A stretch of 52,939 nt of DNA from Macrostomum lignano (Eukaryota), in contig NIVC01004255.1 in NCBI GenBank assembly GCA_002269645.1, positions 1 through 52,939 on the forward strand, written 5' to 3'. Every line of letters starts with the position of its first letter. Position 1 is the stretch's first letter. Shown here piece by piece: positions 1 to 12,330 of the stretch. Made by a program: the position numbers and the translations under genes. Below the pieces are notes generated by a model. The model saw only the letters and a program-made list of their open reading frames with translations. It ran no database searches and was not told the origin of the DNA.

Positions 1-3000
1 TAGAGAGGCGCCTTTCATACAGTAGATTGATGGACAGAAGCAGTTAGAGAGGCGCCCTTCATACATGTAGATTGATGGAAGAATTCGCAGTTAGAGAGGC
101 GCCCTTCATACATGTAGATTGATGGACAGAAGCAGTTAGAGAGGCGCCCTTCATACATGTAGATTGATAGACAGAAGCAGTTAGAGAGGCGCCCTTGATC
201 CAAGTAGATTGATAGACAGAAGCAGTTAGAGAGGCGCCCTTGATCAAGTAGATTGATAGACAGAAGCAGTTAGAGAGGCGCCCTTCATACAAGTAGATTG
301 ATGGACAGAATTCGCAGTTAGAGAGGCGCCCTTCATACATGTAGATTGATGGACAGAAGCAGTTAGAGAGGCGCCTTGATCCAAGTAGATTGATAGACAG
401 AAGCAGTTAGAGAGGCGCCCTTGATACAAGTAGATTGATAGACAGAAGCAGTTAGAGAGCGCCCTTCATACATGTAGATTGATGGACAGAAGCAGTTAGA
501 GAGGCCCTTCATACATGTAGATTGGACAGAAGCAGTTAGAGAGGCGCCTTCATACAAGTAGATTGATGGACAGAATTCGCAGTTAGAGAGGCGCCCTTCA
601 TACATGTAGATTGATGGACAGAAGCAGTTAGAGAGGCGCCATTCATACATGTAGATTGATAGACAGAAGCAGTTAGAGAGGCGCCCTTGATCCAAGTAGA
701 TTGATAGACAGAAGCAGTTAGAGAGGCGCCCTTCATACATGTAGATTGATGGACAGAAGCAGTTAGAGAGGCGCCCTTCATACATGTAGATTGATGGACA
801 GAAGCAGTTAGAGAGGCGCCCTTGATCCAAGTAGATTGATAGACAGAAGCAGTTAGAGAGGCGCCCTTCATACATGTAGATTGATGACAGAAGCAGTTAG
901 AGAGGCACCCTTCATACATGTAGATTGATGGACAGAAGCAGTTAGAGAGGCGCCCTTGATAATGTAGATTGATGGACAGAAGCAGTTAGAGAGGCGCCTT
1001 TCATACATGTAGATTGATGGACAGAAGCAGTTAGAGAGGCGCCCTTCATACATGTAGATTGATGGACAGAAGCAGTTAGAGAGGCGCCCTTCATACATGT
1101 AGATTGATGGACAGAAGCAGTTAGAGAGGCGCCTTCATACATGTAATTGATAGACAGAAGCAGTTAGAGAGGCGCCCTTGATCCAAGTAGATTGATAGAC
1201 AGAAGCAGTTAGAGAGGCGCCCTTCATCCAAGTAGATTGATAGACAGAAGCAGTTAGAGAGGCGCCCTTCATACAAGTAGATTGATGGACAGAATCGCAG
1301 TTAGAGAGGCGCCCTTCATACATGTAGATTGATGACAGAAGCAGTTAGAGAGGCGCCCTTGATCCAAGTAGATTGATAGACAGAAGCAGTTAGAGAGGCG
1401 CCCTTGATCAAGTAGATTGATAGACAGAAGCAGTTAGAGAGGCGCCCTTCATACATGTAGATTGATGGACAGAAGCAGTTAGAGAGGCGCCCTTCATACA
1501 TGTAGATTGATGGACAGAAGCAGTTAGAGAGGCGCCCTTCATACATGTAGATTGAGACAGAAGCAGTTAGAGAGGCGCCTTTCATACATGTAGATTGATG
1601 GACAGAAGCAGTTAGAGAGGCGCCCTTCATACATGTAGATTGATGGACAGAAGCAGTTAGAGAGGCGCCCTTCATACATGTAGATTGATGGACAGAAGCA
1701 GTTAGAGAGGCGCCCTTCATACATGTAGATTGATAGACAGAAGCAGTTAGAGAGGCGCCCTTATCCAAGTAGATTGATAGACAGAAGCAGTTAGAGAGGC
1801 GCCCTTGATCCAAGTAGATTGATAGACAGAAGCAGTTAGAGAGGCGCCCTTCATACAAGTAGATTGATGGACAGAATTCGCAGTTAGAGAGGCGCCCTTC
1901 ATACATGTAGATTGATGGACAGAAGCAGTTAGAGAGGCGCCCTTGATCCAAGTAGATTGATAGACAGAAGCAGTTAGAGAGGCGCCCTTGATCCAAGTAG
2001 ATTGATAGACAGAAGCAGTTAGAGAGGCGCCCTTCATACATGTAGATTGATGGACAGAAGCAGTTAGAGAGGGCCCTTCATACATGTAGATTGATGGACA
2101 GAAGCAGTTAGAGAGGCGCCCTTCATACATGTAGATTGATGGACAGAAGCAGTTAGAGAGGCGCCTTTCATACATGTAGATTGATGGACAGAAGCAGTTA
2201 GAGAGGCGCCCTTCATCCAAGTAGATTGATAGACAGAAGCAGTTAGAGAGGCGCCCTTGATCCAAGTAGATTGATAGACAGAAGCAGTTAGAGAGGCGCC
2301 TTCATACATGTAGATTGATGGACAGAAGCAGTTAGAGAGCGCCCTTCATACATGTAGATTGATGGACAGAAGCAGTTAGAGAGGCGCCCTTGATCCAAGT
2401 AGATTGATAGACAGAACAGTTAGAGAGGCGCCTTCATACATGTAGATTGATGGACAGAAGCAGTTAGAGAGGCACCCTTCATACATGTAGATTGATGGAC
2501 AGAAGCAGTTAGAGAGGCGCCCTTCATACATGTAGATTGATGGACAGAAGCAGTTAGAGAGGCGCCCTTCATACATGTAGATTGATGGACAGAAGCAGTT
2601 AGAGAGGCGCCCTTCATACATGTAGATTGATAGACAGAAGCAGTTAGAGAGGCGCCCTTGATCCAAGTAGATTGATAGACAGAAGCAGTTAGAGAGGCGC
2701 CCTTGATCCAAGTAGATTGATAGACAGAAGCAGTTAGAGAGGCGCCCTTCATACATGTAGATTGATGGACAGAAGCAGTTAGAGAGGCGCCCTTCATACA
2801 TGTAGATTGATGGACAGAAGCAGTTAGAGAGGCGCCTTCATACATGTAGATTGATAGACAGAAGCAGTTAGAGAGGCGCCCTTGATAAGTAGATTGATAG
2901 ACAGAAGCAGTTAGAGAGGCGCCCTTCATACATGTAGATTGATAGACAGAAGCAGTTAGAGAGGCGCCCTTGATCCAAGTAGATTGATAGACAGAAGCAG

Positions 3001-5880
3001 TTAGAGAGGCGCCCTTCATACATGTAGATTGATGGACAGAAGCAGTTAGAGAGGCCCTTGATCCAAGTAGATTGATAGACAGAAGCAGTTAGAGAGGCGC
3101 CCTTCATACAAGTAGATTGATGGACAGAAGCAGTTAGAGAGGCGCCCTTCATACATGTAGATTGATGGACAGAAGCAGTTAGAGAGGCGCCCTTGATCCA
3201 AGTAGATTGATAGACAGAAGCAGTTAGAGAGGCGCCCTTGATCCAAGTAGATTGATAGACAGAAGCAGTTAGAGAGGCGCCCTTGATCCAAGTAGATTGA
3301 TAGACAGAAGCAGTTAGAGAGGCGCCCTTGATCCAAGTAGATTGATAGACAGAAGCAGTTAGAGAGGCGCCCTTCATACATGTAGATTGATGGACAGATG
3401 CAGTTAGAGAGGCGCCCTTCATACATGTAGATTGATGGACAGAAGCAGTTAGAGAGGCGCCCTTGATCCAAGTAGATTGATAGACAGAAGCAGTTAGAGA
3501 GGCGCCCTTGATCCAAGTAGATTGATAGACAGAAGCAGTTAGAGAGGCGCCCTTGATCCAAGTAGATTGATAGACAGAAGCAGTTAGAGAGGCGCCCTTC
3601 ATACATGTAGATTGATGGACAGAAGCAGTTAGAGAGGCGCCCTTCATACATGTAGATTGATGGACAGAAGCAGTTAGAGAGGCGCCCTTCATACATGTAG
3701 ATTGATGGACAGAAGCAGTTAGAGAGGCGCCTTTCATACATGTAGATTGATGGACAGAAGCAGTTAGAGAGGCGCCCTTCATACATGTAGATTGATGGAC
3801 AGAAGCAGTTAGAGAGGCGCCCTTCATACATGTAGATTGATGGACAGAAGCAGTTAGAGAGGCGCCCTTCATACATGTAGATTGATAGACAGAAGCAGTT
3901 AGAGAGGCGCCCTTGATCCAAGTAGATTGATAGACAGAAGCAGTTAGAGAGGCGCCCTTGATCCAAGTAGATTGATAGACAGAAGCAGTTAGAGAGGCGC
4001 CCTTCATACAAGTAGATTGATGGACAGAATTCGCAGTTAGAGAGGCGCCCTTCATACATGTAGATTGATGGACAGAAGCAGTTAGAGAGGCGCCCTTGAT
4101 CCAAGTAGATTGATAGACAGAAGCAGTTAGAGAGGCGCCCTTGATCCAAGTAGATTGATAGACAGAAGCAGTTAGAGAGGCGCCCTTCATACATGTAGAT
4201 TGATGGACAGAAGCAGTTAGAGAGGCGCCCTTCATACATGTAGATTGATGGACAGAAGCAGTTAGAGAGGCGCCCTTCATACATGTAGATTGATGGACAG
4301 AAGCAGTTAGAGAGGCGCCTTTCATACATGTAGATTGATGGACAGAAGCAGTTAGAGAGGCGCCCTTGATCCAAGTAGATTGATAGACAGAAGCAGTTAG
4401 AGAGGCGCCCTTGATCCAAGTAGATTGATAGACAGAAGCAGTTAGAGAGGCGCCCTTCATACATGTAGATTGATGGACAGAAGCAGTTAGAGAGGCGCCC
4501 TTCATACATGTAGATTGATGGACAGAAGCAGTTAGAGAGGCGCCCTTGATCCAAGTAGATTGATAGACAGAAGCAGTTAGAGAGGCGCCCTTCATACATG
4601 TAGATTGATGGACAGAAGCAGTTAGAGAGGCACCCTTCATACATGTAGATTGATGGACAGAAGCAGTTAGAGAGGCGCCCTTCATACATGTAGATTGATG
4701 GACAGAAGCAGTTAGAGAGGCGCCCTTCATACATGTAGATTGATGGACAGAAGCAGTTAGAGAGGCGCCATTCATACATGTAGATTGATAGACAGAAGCA
4801 GTTAGAGAGGCGCCCTTGATCCAAGTAGATTGATAGACAGAAGCAGTTAGAGAGGCGCCCTTGATCCAAGTAGATTGATAGACAGAAGCAGTTAGAGAGC
4901 GCCCTTCATACAAGTAGATTGATGGACAGAATTCGCAGTTAGAGAGGCGCCCTTCATACATGTAGATTGATGGACAGAAGCAGTTAGAGAGGCGCCATTC
5001 ATACATGTAGATTGATAGACAGAAGCAGTTAGAGAGGCGCCCTTGATCCAAGTAGATTGATAGACAGAAGCAGTTAGAGAGGCGCCCTTCATACATGTAG
5101 ATTGATGGACAGAAGCAGTTAGAGAGGCGCCCTTGATCCAAGTAGATTGATAGACAGAAGCAGTTAGAGAGGCGCCCTTGATCCAAGTAGATTGATAGAC
5201 AGAAGCAGTTAGAGAGGCGCCCTTCATACAAGTAGATTGATGGACAGAATTCGCAGTTAGAGAGGCGCCCTTCATACATGTAGATTGATGGACAGAAGCA
5301 GTTAGAGAGGCGCCCTTGATCCAAGTAGATTGATAGACAGAAGCAGTTAGAGAGGCGCCCTTGATCCAAGTAGATTGATAGACAGAAGCAGTTAGAGAGG
5401 CGCCCTTGATCCAAGTAGATTGATAGACAGAAGCAGTTAGAGAGGCGCCCTTCATACATGTAGATTGATGGACAGATGCAGTTAGAGAGGCGCCCTTCAT
5501 ACATGTAGATTGATGGACAGAAGCAGTTAGAGAGGCGCCCTTGATCCAAGTAGATTGATAGACAGAAGCAGTTAGAGAGGCGCCCTTGATCCAAGTAGAT
5601 TGATAGACAGAAGCAGTTAGAGAGGCACCCTTGATCCAAGTAGATTGATAGACAGAAGCAGTTAGAGAGGCGCCCTTGATCCAAGTAGATTGATAGACAG
5701 AAGCAGTTAGAGAGGCACCCTTGATCCAAGTAGATTGATAGACAGAAGCAGTTAGAGAGGCACCCTTGATCCAAGTAGATTGATAGACAGAAGCAGTTAG
5801 AGAGGCGCCCTTGATCCAAGTAGATTGATAGACAGAAGCAGTTAGAGAGGCACCCTTGATCCAAGTAGATTGATAGACAG
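1..5880. repeat. 45-bp minisatellite, ~130 copies, truncated by window start
   Basis: Unit ATACATGTAGATTGATGGACAGAAGCAGTTAGAGAGGCGCCCTTC alternates with a variant (GATCCAAGTAGATTGATAGAC...). The 15-aa periodicity of the minus-strand ORFs matches 45 bp. Abrupt end at 5880. Confidence 0.98.
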
Positions 5881-6325
5881 ACTCCCTGTAAGCCTGTTTT
5901 TTGAAAATTGAATGGAAAATAGGTTTGATATTATTGTAAAAGTTTAATGTACTTTACCTTAAAAGCTGGTTGTCAATTGATAGGCGTTACTCAAGAGCTT
6001 TACTACAGCTAGATATATTTCCAAAATGGCCTAAATGATAACAAGACTTGGATAAATACTCAGGGCCTAGCCTTCTTAGAGCTAGCCTATGCCTAGTTTT
6101 AAAGCTGGCCTGTAGTGAGGAAATACTAGGCCTACCAATGTAAGAGTCAGCCTACTTGAGCTGTGGGATTTCAAACCAGCCAATAGGAACCAGACAGCGA
6201 ATTTTTACTCTTGGATGACTAACGCGAATTCTCACATTCACATGCCACAGCCAGGCTCCATATCCTTATTTTGCGCAGAACTAGGACCATTGCGCGTACG
6301 TCGGCCTAGGCCTCATCAATACAAC

Positions 6326-6599
6326 CAGTGGCGGCGCCAAGTTGGGGGCAGAGAGGGCTGCTGCCCCCGGGTGACCACCCTCCTAAGACCACCCTACCAT
6401 CCTTCCGTGGGGTGACCCACCATTAGTTTTTTAGCGCTCGTTGTATGCGTTTTTGTGAGATTATAGCGTATACTCTAATTTTAAAAATTCGCTGAGGGAG
6501 GGGTTTGAAAACCCAACCACCGCCCTCCCCCTTAATCCACAGAATTTACCTTAATCAGCATCGCCGCCACTGCGCACCGCCAAGGCTGCACCGCCACTA
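6326..6599. mobile_element. hAT-like MITE (~274 bp)
   Basis: Left TIR CAGTGGCGGCG (6326-6336). Perfect inverse CGCCGCCACTG at 6562-6572 and a second, outer end CCGCCACTA at 6591-6599. 8-bp flanks AATACAAC / AATAGAAC (7/8 match) fit an 8-bp TSD at the outer end. Confidence 0.65.
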
Positions 6600-6922
6600 A
6601 ATAGAACCAACATTAATGGGCATATCGAAAGAAAATATACATTTGGCCTATCGGAAATTTCAGTCACTAGGGCCTAAAGCAAAACGTAGGCCTATAGTAC
6701 TCGTATAGGCCTAAAACACCTTGTTTAAAGATTAGTAATTGAAGATACATATCTACATAACTTAATAAACTCTAATTTGTACCTAAACTCCTAATTTTCT
6801 CCGAGAACTCATCCTAGATTTATGGCTATCAATTACTAACTACCGTAATTAGCCCTAATTGGTTGTTCTGGTCAATTACGCGAAAGAGCGAAAGAGCGAA
6901 ATGGTTTCTGTATTTTAAAGTT

Positions 6923-9150
6923 AAAATGCTGAGCTAGGCCAAACTCAGCTCATTCTGAATTCATGATAGACTCAGGTGCTGGGATACACAGAGACAGTTA
7001 GAGAAGGAATCAGCCGGTTTGATGAAGATTATAGCGGCTCTTAAGTCCTCTCTGTGTTTGAGTGAAAATGCTGAGCTAGGCCAAACTCAGCTCATTCTGA
7101 ATTCATGATAGACTCAGGTGCTGGGATACACAGAGACAGTTAGAGAAGGAATCAGCCGGTTTGATGAAGATTATAGCGGCTCTCAAGTCCTCTCTGTGTT
7201 TGAGTGAAAATGCTGAGCTAGGCCAAACTCAGCTCATTCTGAATTCATGATAGACTCAGGTGCTGGGATACACAGAGACAGTTAGAGAAGGAATCAGCCG
7301 GTTTGATGAAGATTATAGCGGCTCTCAAGTCCTCTGTGTTTGAGTGAAAATGCTGAGCTAGGCCAAACTCAGCTCATTCTGAATTCATGATAGACTCAGG
7401 TGCTGGACACACAGAGACAGTTAGAGAAGGAATCAGCCGGTTTGATGAAGATTATAGCGGCTCTCAAGTCCTCTCTGTGTTTGAGTGAAAATGCTGAGCT
7501 AGGCCAAACTCAGCTCATTCTGAATTCATGATAGACTCAGGTGCTGGGATACACAGAGACAGTTAGAGAAGGAATCAGCCGGTTTGATGAAGATTATAGC
7601 GGCTCTCAAGTCCTCTCTGTGTTTGAGTGAAAATGCTGAGCTAGGCCAAACTCAGCTCATTCTGAATTCATGATAGACTCAGGTGCTGGGATACACAGAG
7701 ACAGTTAGAGAAGGAATCAGCCGGTTTGATGAAGATTATAGCGGCTCTCAAGTCCTCTCTGTGTTTGAGTGAAAATGCTGAGCTAGGCCAAACTCAGCTC
7801 ATTCTGAATTCATGATAGACTCAGGTGCTGGGATACACAGAGACAGTTAGAGAAGGAATCAGCCGGTTTGATGAAGATTATAGCGGCTCTCAAGTCCTCT
7901 CTGTGTTTGAGTGAAAATGCTGAGCTAGGCCAAACTCAGCTCATTCTGAATTCATGATAGACTCAGGTGCTGGGATACACAGAGACAGTTAGAGAAGGAA
8001 TCAGCCGGTTTGATGAAGATTATAGCGGCTCTCAAGTCCTCTCTGTGTTTGAGTGAAAATGCTGAGCTAGGCCAAACTCAGCTCATTCTGAATTCATGAT
8101 AGACTCAGGTGCTGGGATACACAGAGACAGTTAGAGAAGGAATCAGCCGGTTTGATGAAGATTATAGCGGCTCTCAAGTCCTCTCTGTGTTTGAGTGAAA
8201 ATGCTGAGCTAGGCCAAACTCAGCTCATTCTGAATTCATGATAGACTCAGGTGCTGGGATACACAGAGACAGTTAGAGAAGGAATCAGCCGGTTTGATGA
8301 AGATTATAGCGGCTCTCAAGTCCTCTCTGTGTTTGAGTGAAAATGCTGAGCTAGGCCAAACTCAGCTCATTCTGAATTCATGATAGACTCAGGTGCTGGG
8401 ATACACAGAGACAGTTAGAGAAGGAATCAGCCGGTTTGATGAAGATTATAGCGGCTCTCAAGTCCTCTCTGTGTTTGAGTGAAAATGCTGAGCTAGGCCA
8501 AACTCAGCTCATTCTGAATTCATGATAGACTCAGGTGCTGGGATACACAGAGACAGTTAGAGAAGGAATCAGCCGGTTTGATGAAGATTATAGCGGCTCT
8601 CAAGTCCTCTCTGTGTTTGAGTGAAAATGCTGAGCTAGGCCAAACTCAGCTCATTCTGAATTCATGATAGACTCAGGTGCTGGGATACACAGAGACAGTT
8701 AGAGAAGGAATCAGCCGGTTTGATGAAGATTATAGCGGCTCTCAAGTCCTCTGTGTTTGAGTGAAAATGCTGAGCTAGGCCAAACTCAGCTCATTCTGAA
8801 TTCATGATAGACTCAGGTGCTGGGACACACAGAGACAGTTAGAGAAGGAATCAGCCGGTTTGATGAAGATTATAGCGGCTCTCAAGTCCTCTGTGTGTTT
8901 GAGTGAAAATGCTGAGCTAGGCCAAACTCAGCTCATTCTGAATTCATGATAGACTCAGGTGCTGGGATACACAGAGACAGTTAGAGAAGGAATCAGCCGG
9001 TTTGATGAAGATTATAGCGGCTCTCAAGTCCTCTGTGTTTGAGTGAAAATGCTGAGCTAGGCCAAACTCAGCTCATTCTGAATTCATGATAGACTCAGGT
9101 GCTGGGATACACAGAGACAGTTAGAGAAGGAATCAGCCGGTTTGATGAAG
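6923..9150. repeat. 142-bp satellite, ~15.7 near-identical copies
   Basis: Unit starts at 6923, 7065, 7207 (period 142; occasional 140-bp variant). One EcoRI site per unit. Internal inverted repeats. Confidence 0.97.
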
Positions 9151-9929
9151 AGACTAGCTAGCTATAGCTTTTATATACTCAAAGGTGCTTTTGGGTCCAA
9201 TCTAATCACTTTGACCTTAGCTTATCTAAAATCTTACCTAAGAGGGCCCCACAAAAAGTAGGCAAACTTTTACGCAAACAAAAAGTATGAAATCTTTCAG
9301 TCCTTTTACGAATTGATGAGTGGCCGAAGCTGCCTTGGGCAATTCCATCTTCACACCCGTGCCAAAACATAGACAACGTGTGCGAATTGAGCCGATTTTC
9401 GAGTTACTTTTTACTCGTAGGTGCGAAAAATTGGGTGACAGACGGTTTGCGATAAGGGCTGTGTCTATTAATTCATTTTTACTGGGAACCGAATTTAAAT
9501 TCGCACATTTTAAGTCCGTAGGATTAGGCTCAAATTCTAAGCACGATTTTTCGCACCCAATAGTCAAGTATTGGTCTATTGTCTAGAATCCCAGACCCTG
9601 GGCCTTTTCTGAGGCAATAGGCGGCATGATCCACCTATCCTTATCTCTGACTATCGACTGTTTTGCAAAATTCGGTTTGTTTTCGCACTTCGTGGTGAGC
9701 CTGGAACCAATTCGCGCACATTTTAGACATGATGGGCCTAACGAAGCGCCAGAAGCATTATGTCATAACTTCACGCCCTTTCCACGAAGTAAATAAATGA
9801 TATGGCCTAAATAGCGACCGCAATGAAGCGAGAGAGATAAATCCATGCTTTGCATGCAGCATCCCGTTCATACTCCTGTTGCTCAATTTTGATATTTATT
9901 TTTAGAAGGAGCAGATGGAAAGAAAAAAG

Positions 9930-11105
9930 CAGATGGAGAGGAAGAGGCGGATGCAGAGGAAGGGCGGATGCAGAGGAAGGGATGGATGAAGAGGAAGGGA
10001 TGGAATCAGAGGAAGGGCAGATGCAGAGGAAGGGGCGGATGCAGAGGAAGGGCGGATGCAGAGGAAGGGCGGGTGTAGAGGAAGGGGCAGATGCAGAGGA
10101 AGGGCGGATGCAGAGGAAGGGGCGGATGCAGAGGAAGGGCGGATGCAGAGGAAGGGCGGGTGTAGAGGAAGGGGCAGATGCAGAGGAAGGGCGGATGCAG
10201 AGGAAGGGGCGGATGCAGAGGAAGGGCGGATGCAGAGGAAGGGGCGGATGCAGAGGAAGGGATGGATGAAGAGGAAGGGATGGAATCAGAGGAAGGGATG
10301 GAATCAGAGGAAGGGCGGATGCAGAGGAAGGGGCGGATGCAGAGGAAGGGATGGAATCAGAGGAAGGGATGGAATCAGAGGAAGGGCGGATGCAGAGGAA
10401 GGGGCGGATGCAGAGGAAGGGGCGGATGCAGAGGAAGGGGCGGATGCAGAGGAAGGGCGGATGCAGAGGAAGGGCGGATGCAGAGGAAGGGCGGGTGTAG
10501 AGGAAGGGGCAGATGCAGAGGAAGGGCGGATGCAGAGGAAGGGGCGGATGCAGAGGAAGGGCGGATGCAGAGGAAGGGCGGGTGTAGAGGAAGGGGCAGA
10601 TGCAGAGGAAGGGATGCATGCAGAGGAAGGGCGGATGCAGAGGAAGGGCGGATGCAGAGGAAGGGGCAGATGCAGAGGAAGGGATGCATGCAGAGGAAGG
10701 GCGGATGCAGAGGAAGGGATGGAATCAGAGGAAGGGCAGATGCAGAGGAAGGGCGGGTGTAAAGGAAGGGGCGGATGCAGAGGAAGGGGCGGATGCAGAG
10801 GAAGGGCGGATGCAGAGGAAGGGCGGATGCAGAGGAAGGGCGGATGCAGAGGAAGGGCGGGTGTAGAGGAAGGGGCGGATGCAGAGGAAGGGATGCATGC
10901 AGAGGAAGGGCGGATGCAGAGGAAGGGATGCATGCAGAGGAAGGGCAGATGCAGAGGAAGGGATGGAATCAGAGGAAGGGCAGATGCAGAGGAAGGGCGG
11001 GTGTAGAGGAAGGGGCGGATGCAGAGGAAGGGCAGATGCAGAGGAAGGGCGGATGCAGAGGAAGGGCAGATGCAGAGGAAGGGCGGATGCAGAGGAAGGG
11101 GCGGA
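9930..11105. repeat. Purine-rich 17/18-bp minisatellite (GCGGATGCAGAGGAAGG[G])
   Basis: Tandem units that differ in G-run length and in 5' half (GATGGAATCA, GCGGGTGTA, GATGCATGCA). Mixed 17/18-bp lengths shift the frame repeatedly. Confidence 0.95.
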
Positions 11106-11354
11106 TGGAAAAGGAGTGGATAGGGAGAAAGGATCCGCTGGCTTATTCTAGTCCCAGTGTCAGCAGATTTAAGCATAAAAAATCCTTTGGCTGATCCAGA
11201 ATTTGGGATTCCAACTGTAAATAAAAAAGCGCTACATATAGATGTGGCCAGAGTGAGAGATGGATAATTCCCATCTAAAGTTCTTGCATCCAGATTTCAA
11301 AAACTGAACGACGAGGAGAAAATTTGGCCTACGCAGACATGACCAGTTTTCCTC

Positions 11355-11495
11355 GTGCTGTCATTGGTTAGCCGAATTCCTTGCGCAGTCATGAGGATTG
11401 GCTGTTTCTGTTTGCTTTCCTGCGGCACCAATCAACTTTCCAACGTCCATTCATGCGTTTAAAATATTTGAATCAGGTTAAAAACCAATTGGCCC
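11355..11495. promoter_or_regulatory. CCAAT-box cluster, promoter-like; no linked gene identified
   Basis: ATTGGTT, ATTGGCT, ACCAATC and ACCAATTGG within ~140 bp of CpG-containing unique sequence. Confidence 0.25.
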
Positions 11496-11654
11496 TAGCT
11501 ACGTTAGACATTTGATTTTCAAGGCTCATCAATATCAACTGACATCTGCAACATCGTTTCGAGATCGGACATCCGGATTACTGCTGCCTTCGCGAAACGC
11601 TTAAAAATTTTGCTTCTAATTATTGACTTTGTATTCATAGTCTACGTTAACGGC

Positions 11655-12330
11655 CTCTCTATCTCTCCATCAGCCGCCCGTCTACTCTCTATCAGCCGCC
11701 CGTCTCCTCTCTATCAGCCGCCCGTCTCCTCTCTATCAGCCGCCCGTCTCCTCTCTATCAGCTGCCTGTCTCCTCTCTATCAGCCGCCCGTCTCCTCTCT
11801 ATCAGCCGCTTGTCTATCTCCTCTCTATAAGCTGCCTGTCTCCTCTCTATCAGCCGCCCGTCTCCTCTCTATCAGCCGCTTGTCTATCTCCTCTCTATAA
11901 GCTGCCTGTCTGTCTCCTCTCTATCAGCCGCCCGTCTCCTCTCTATCAGCCGCCCGTCTCCTTTCTATCAGCCGCTTGTCTATCTCCTCTCTATCAGCTT
12001 TCTGTCTCCTCTCTATCAGCCGCCCGTCTCCTCTCTATCAGCCGCTTGTCTATCTCCTCTCTATCAGCGGCTTGTCTCCTCTCTATCAGCCGCCTGCCTG
12101 TCTCCTCTTTATCAGCTTTCTGTCTATCTCCACTCTATCAGCCGCCCGTCTCCCCTCTATCAGCCACCCGTCTCCTCTCTATCAGCCGCCCGTCTCCTCT
12201 CTATCAGCCGCCCGTCTCCTCTCTATCAGCCGCCCGTCTCCTCTCTATCAGCCGCCTGCCTGTCTCCTCTCTATCAGCTGCCTGTCTATCTCCTCTCTAT
12301 CAGCTGCCTGTCTATCTCCTCTCTATCAGC
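11655..12330. repeat. 22-bp (variant 26-bp) pyrimidine-rich minisatellite
   Basis: Unit CCTCTCTATCAGCCGCCCGTCT; longer variant CCTCTCTATCAGCCGCTTGTCTATCT. Confidence 0.95.

Noticed and set aside
15-5864. Long minus-strand ORFs up to 998 aa (MYEGRLSNCFC.../KGASLTASV...)
   Set aside because: Translations of a 45-bp repeat; they switch frame at indels and have no unique flanking domain or splice context.
7015-7100. Hammerhead ribozyme in the 142-bp unit (TTGATGA...GAAA-stem-UUC)
   Set aside because: Helix III can form, but the core is UUGAUGA and helices I and II have no complementary partners. The opposite strand lacks the core words.
1-9150. CRISPR-like appearance of the regular 45-bp and 142-bp arrays
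   Set aside because: No unique spacers, no cas genes, and the context is eukaryotic with spliced genes.
9238-9586. Overlapping 109-aa and 88-aa ORFs after the 142-bp satellite
   Set aside because: No recognisable domain, open on both strands, no convincing splice sites.
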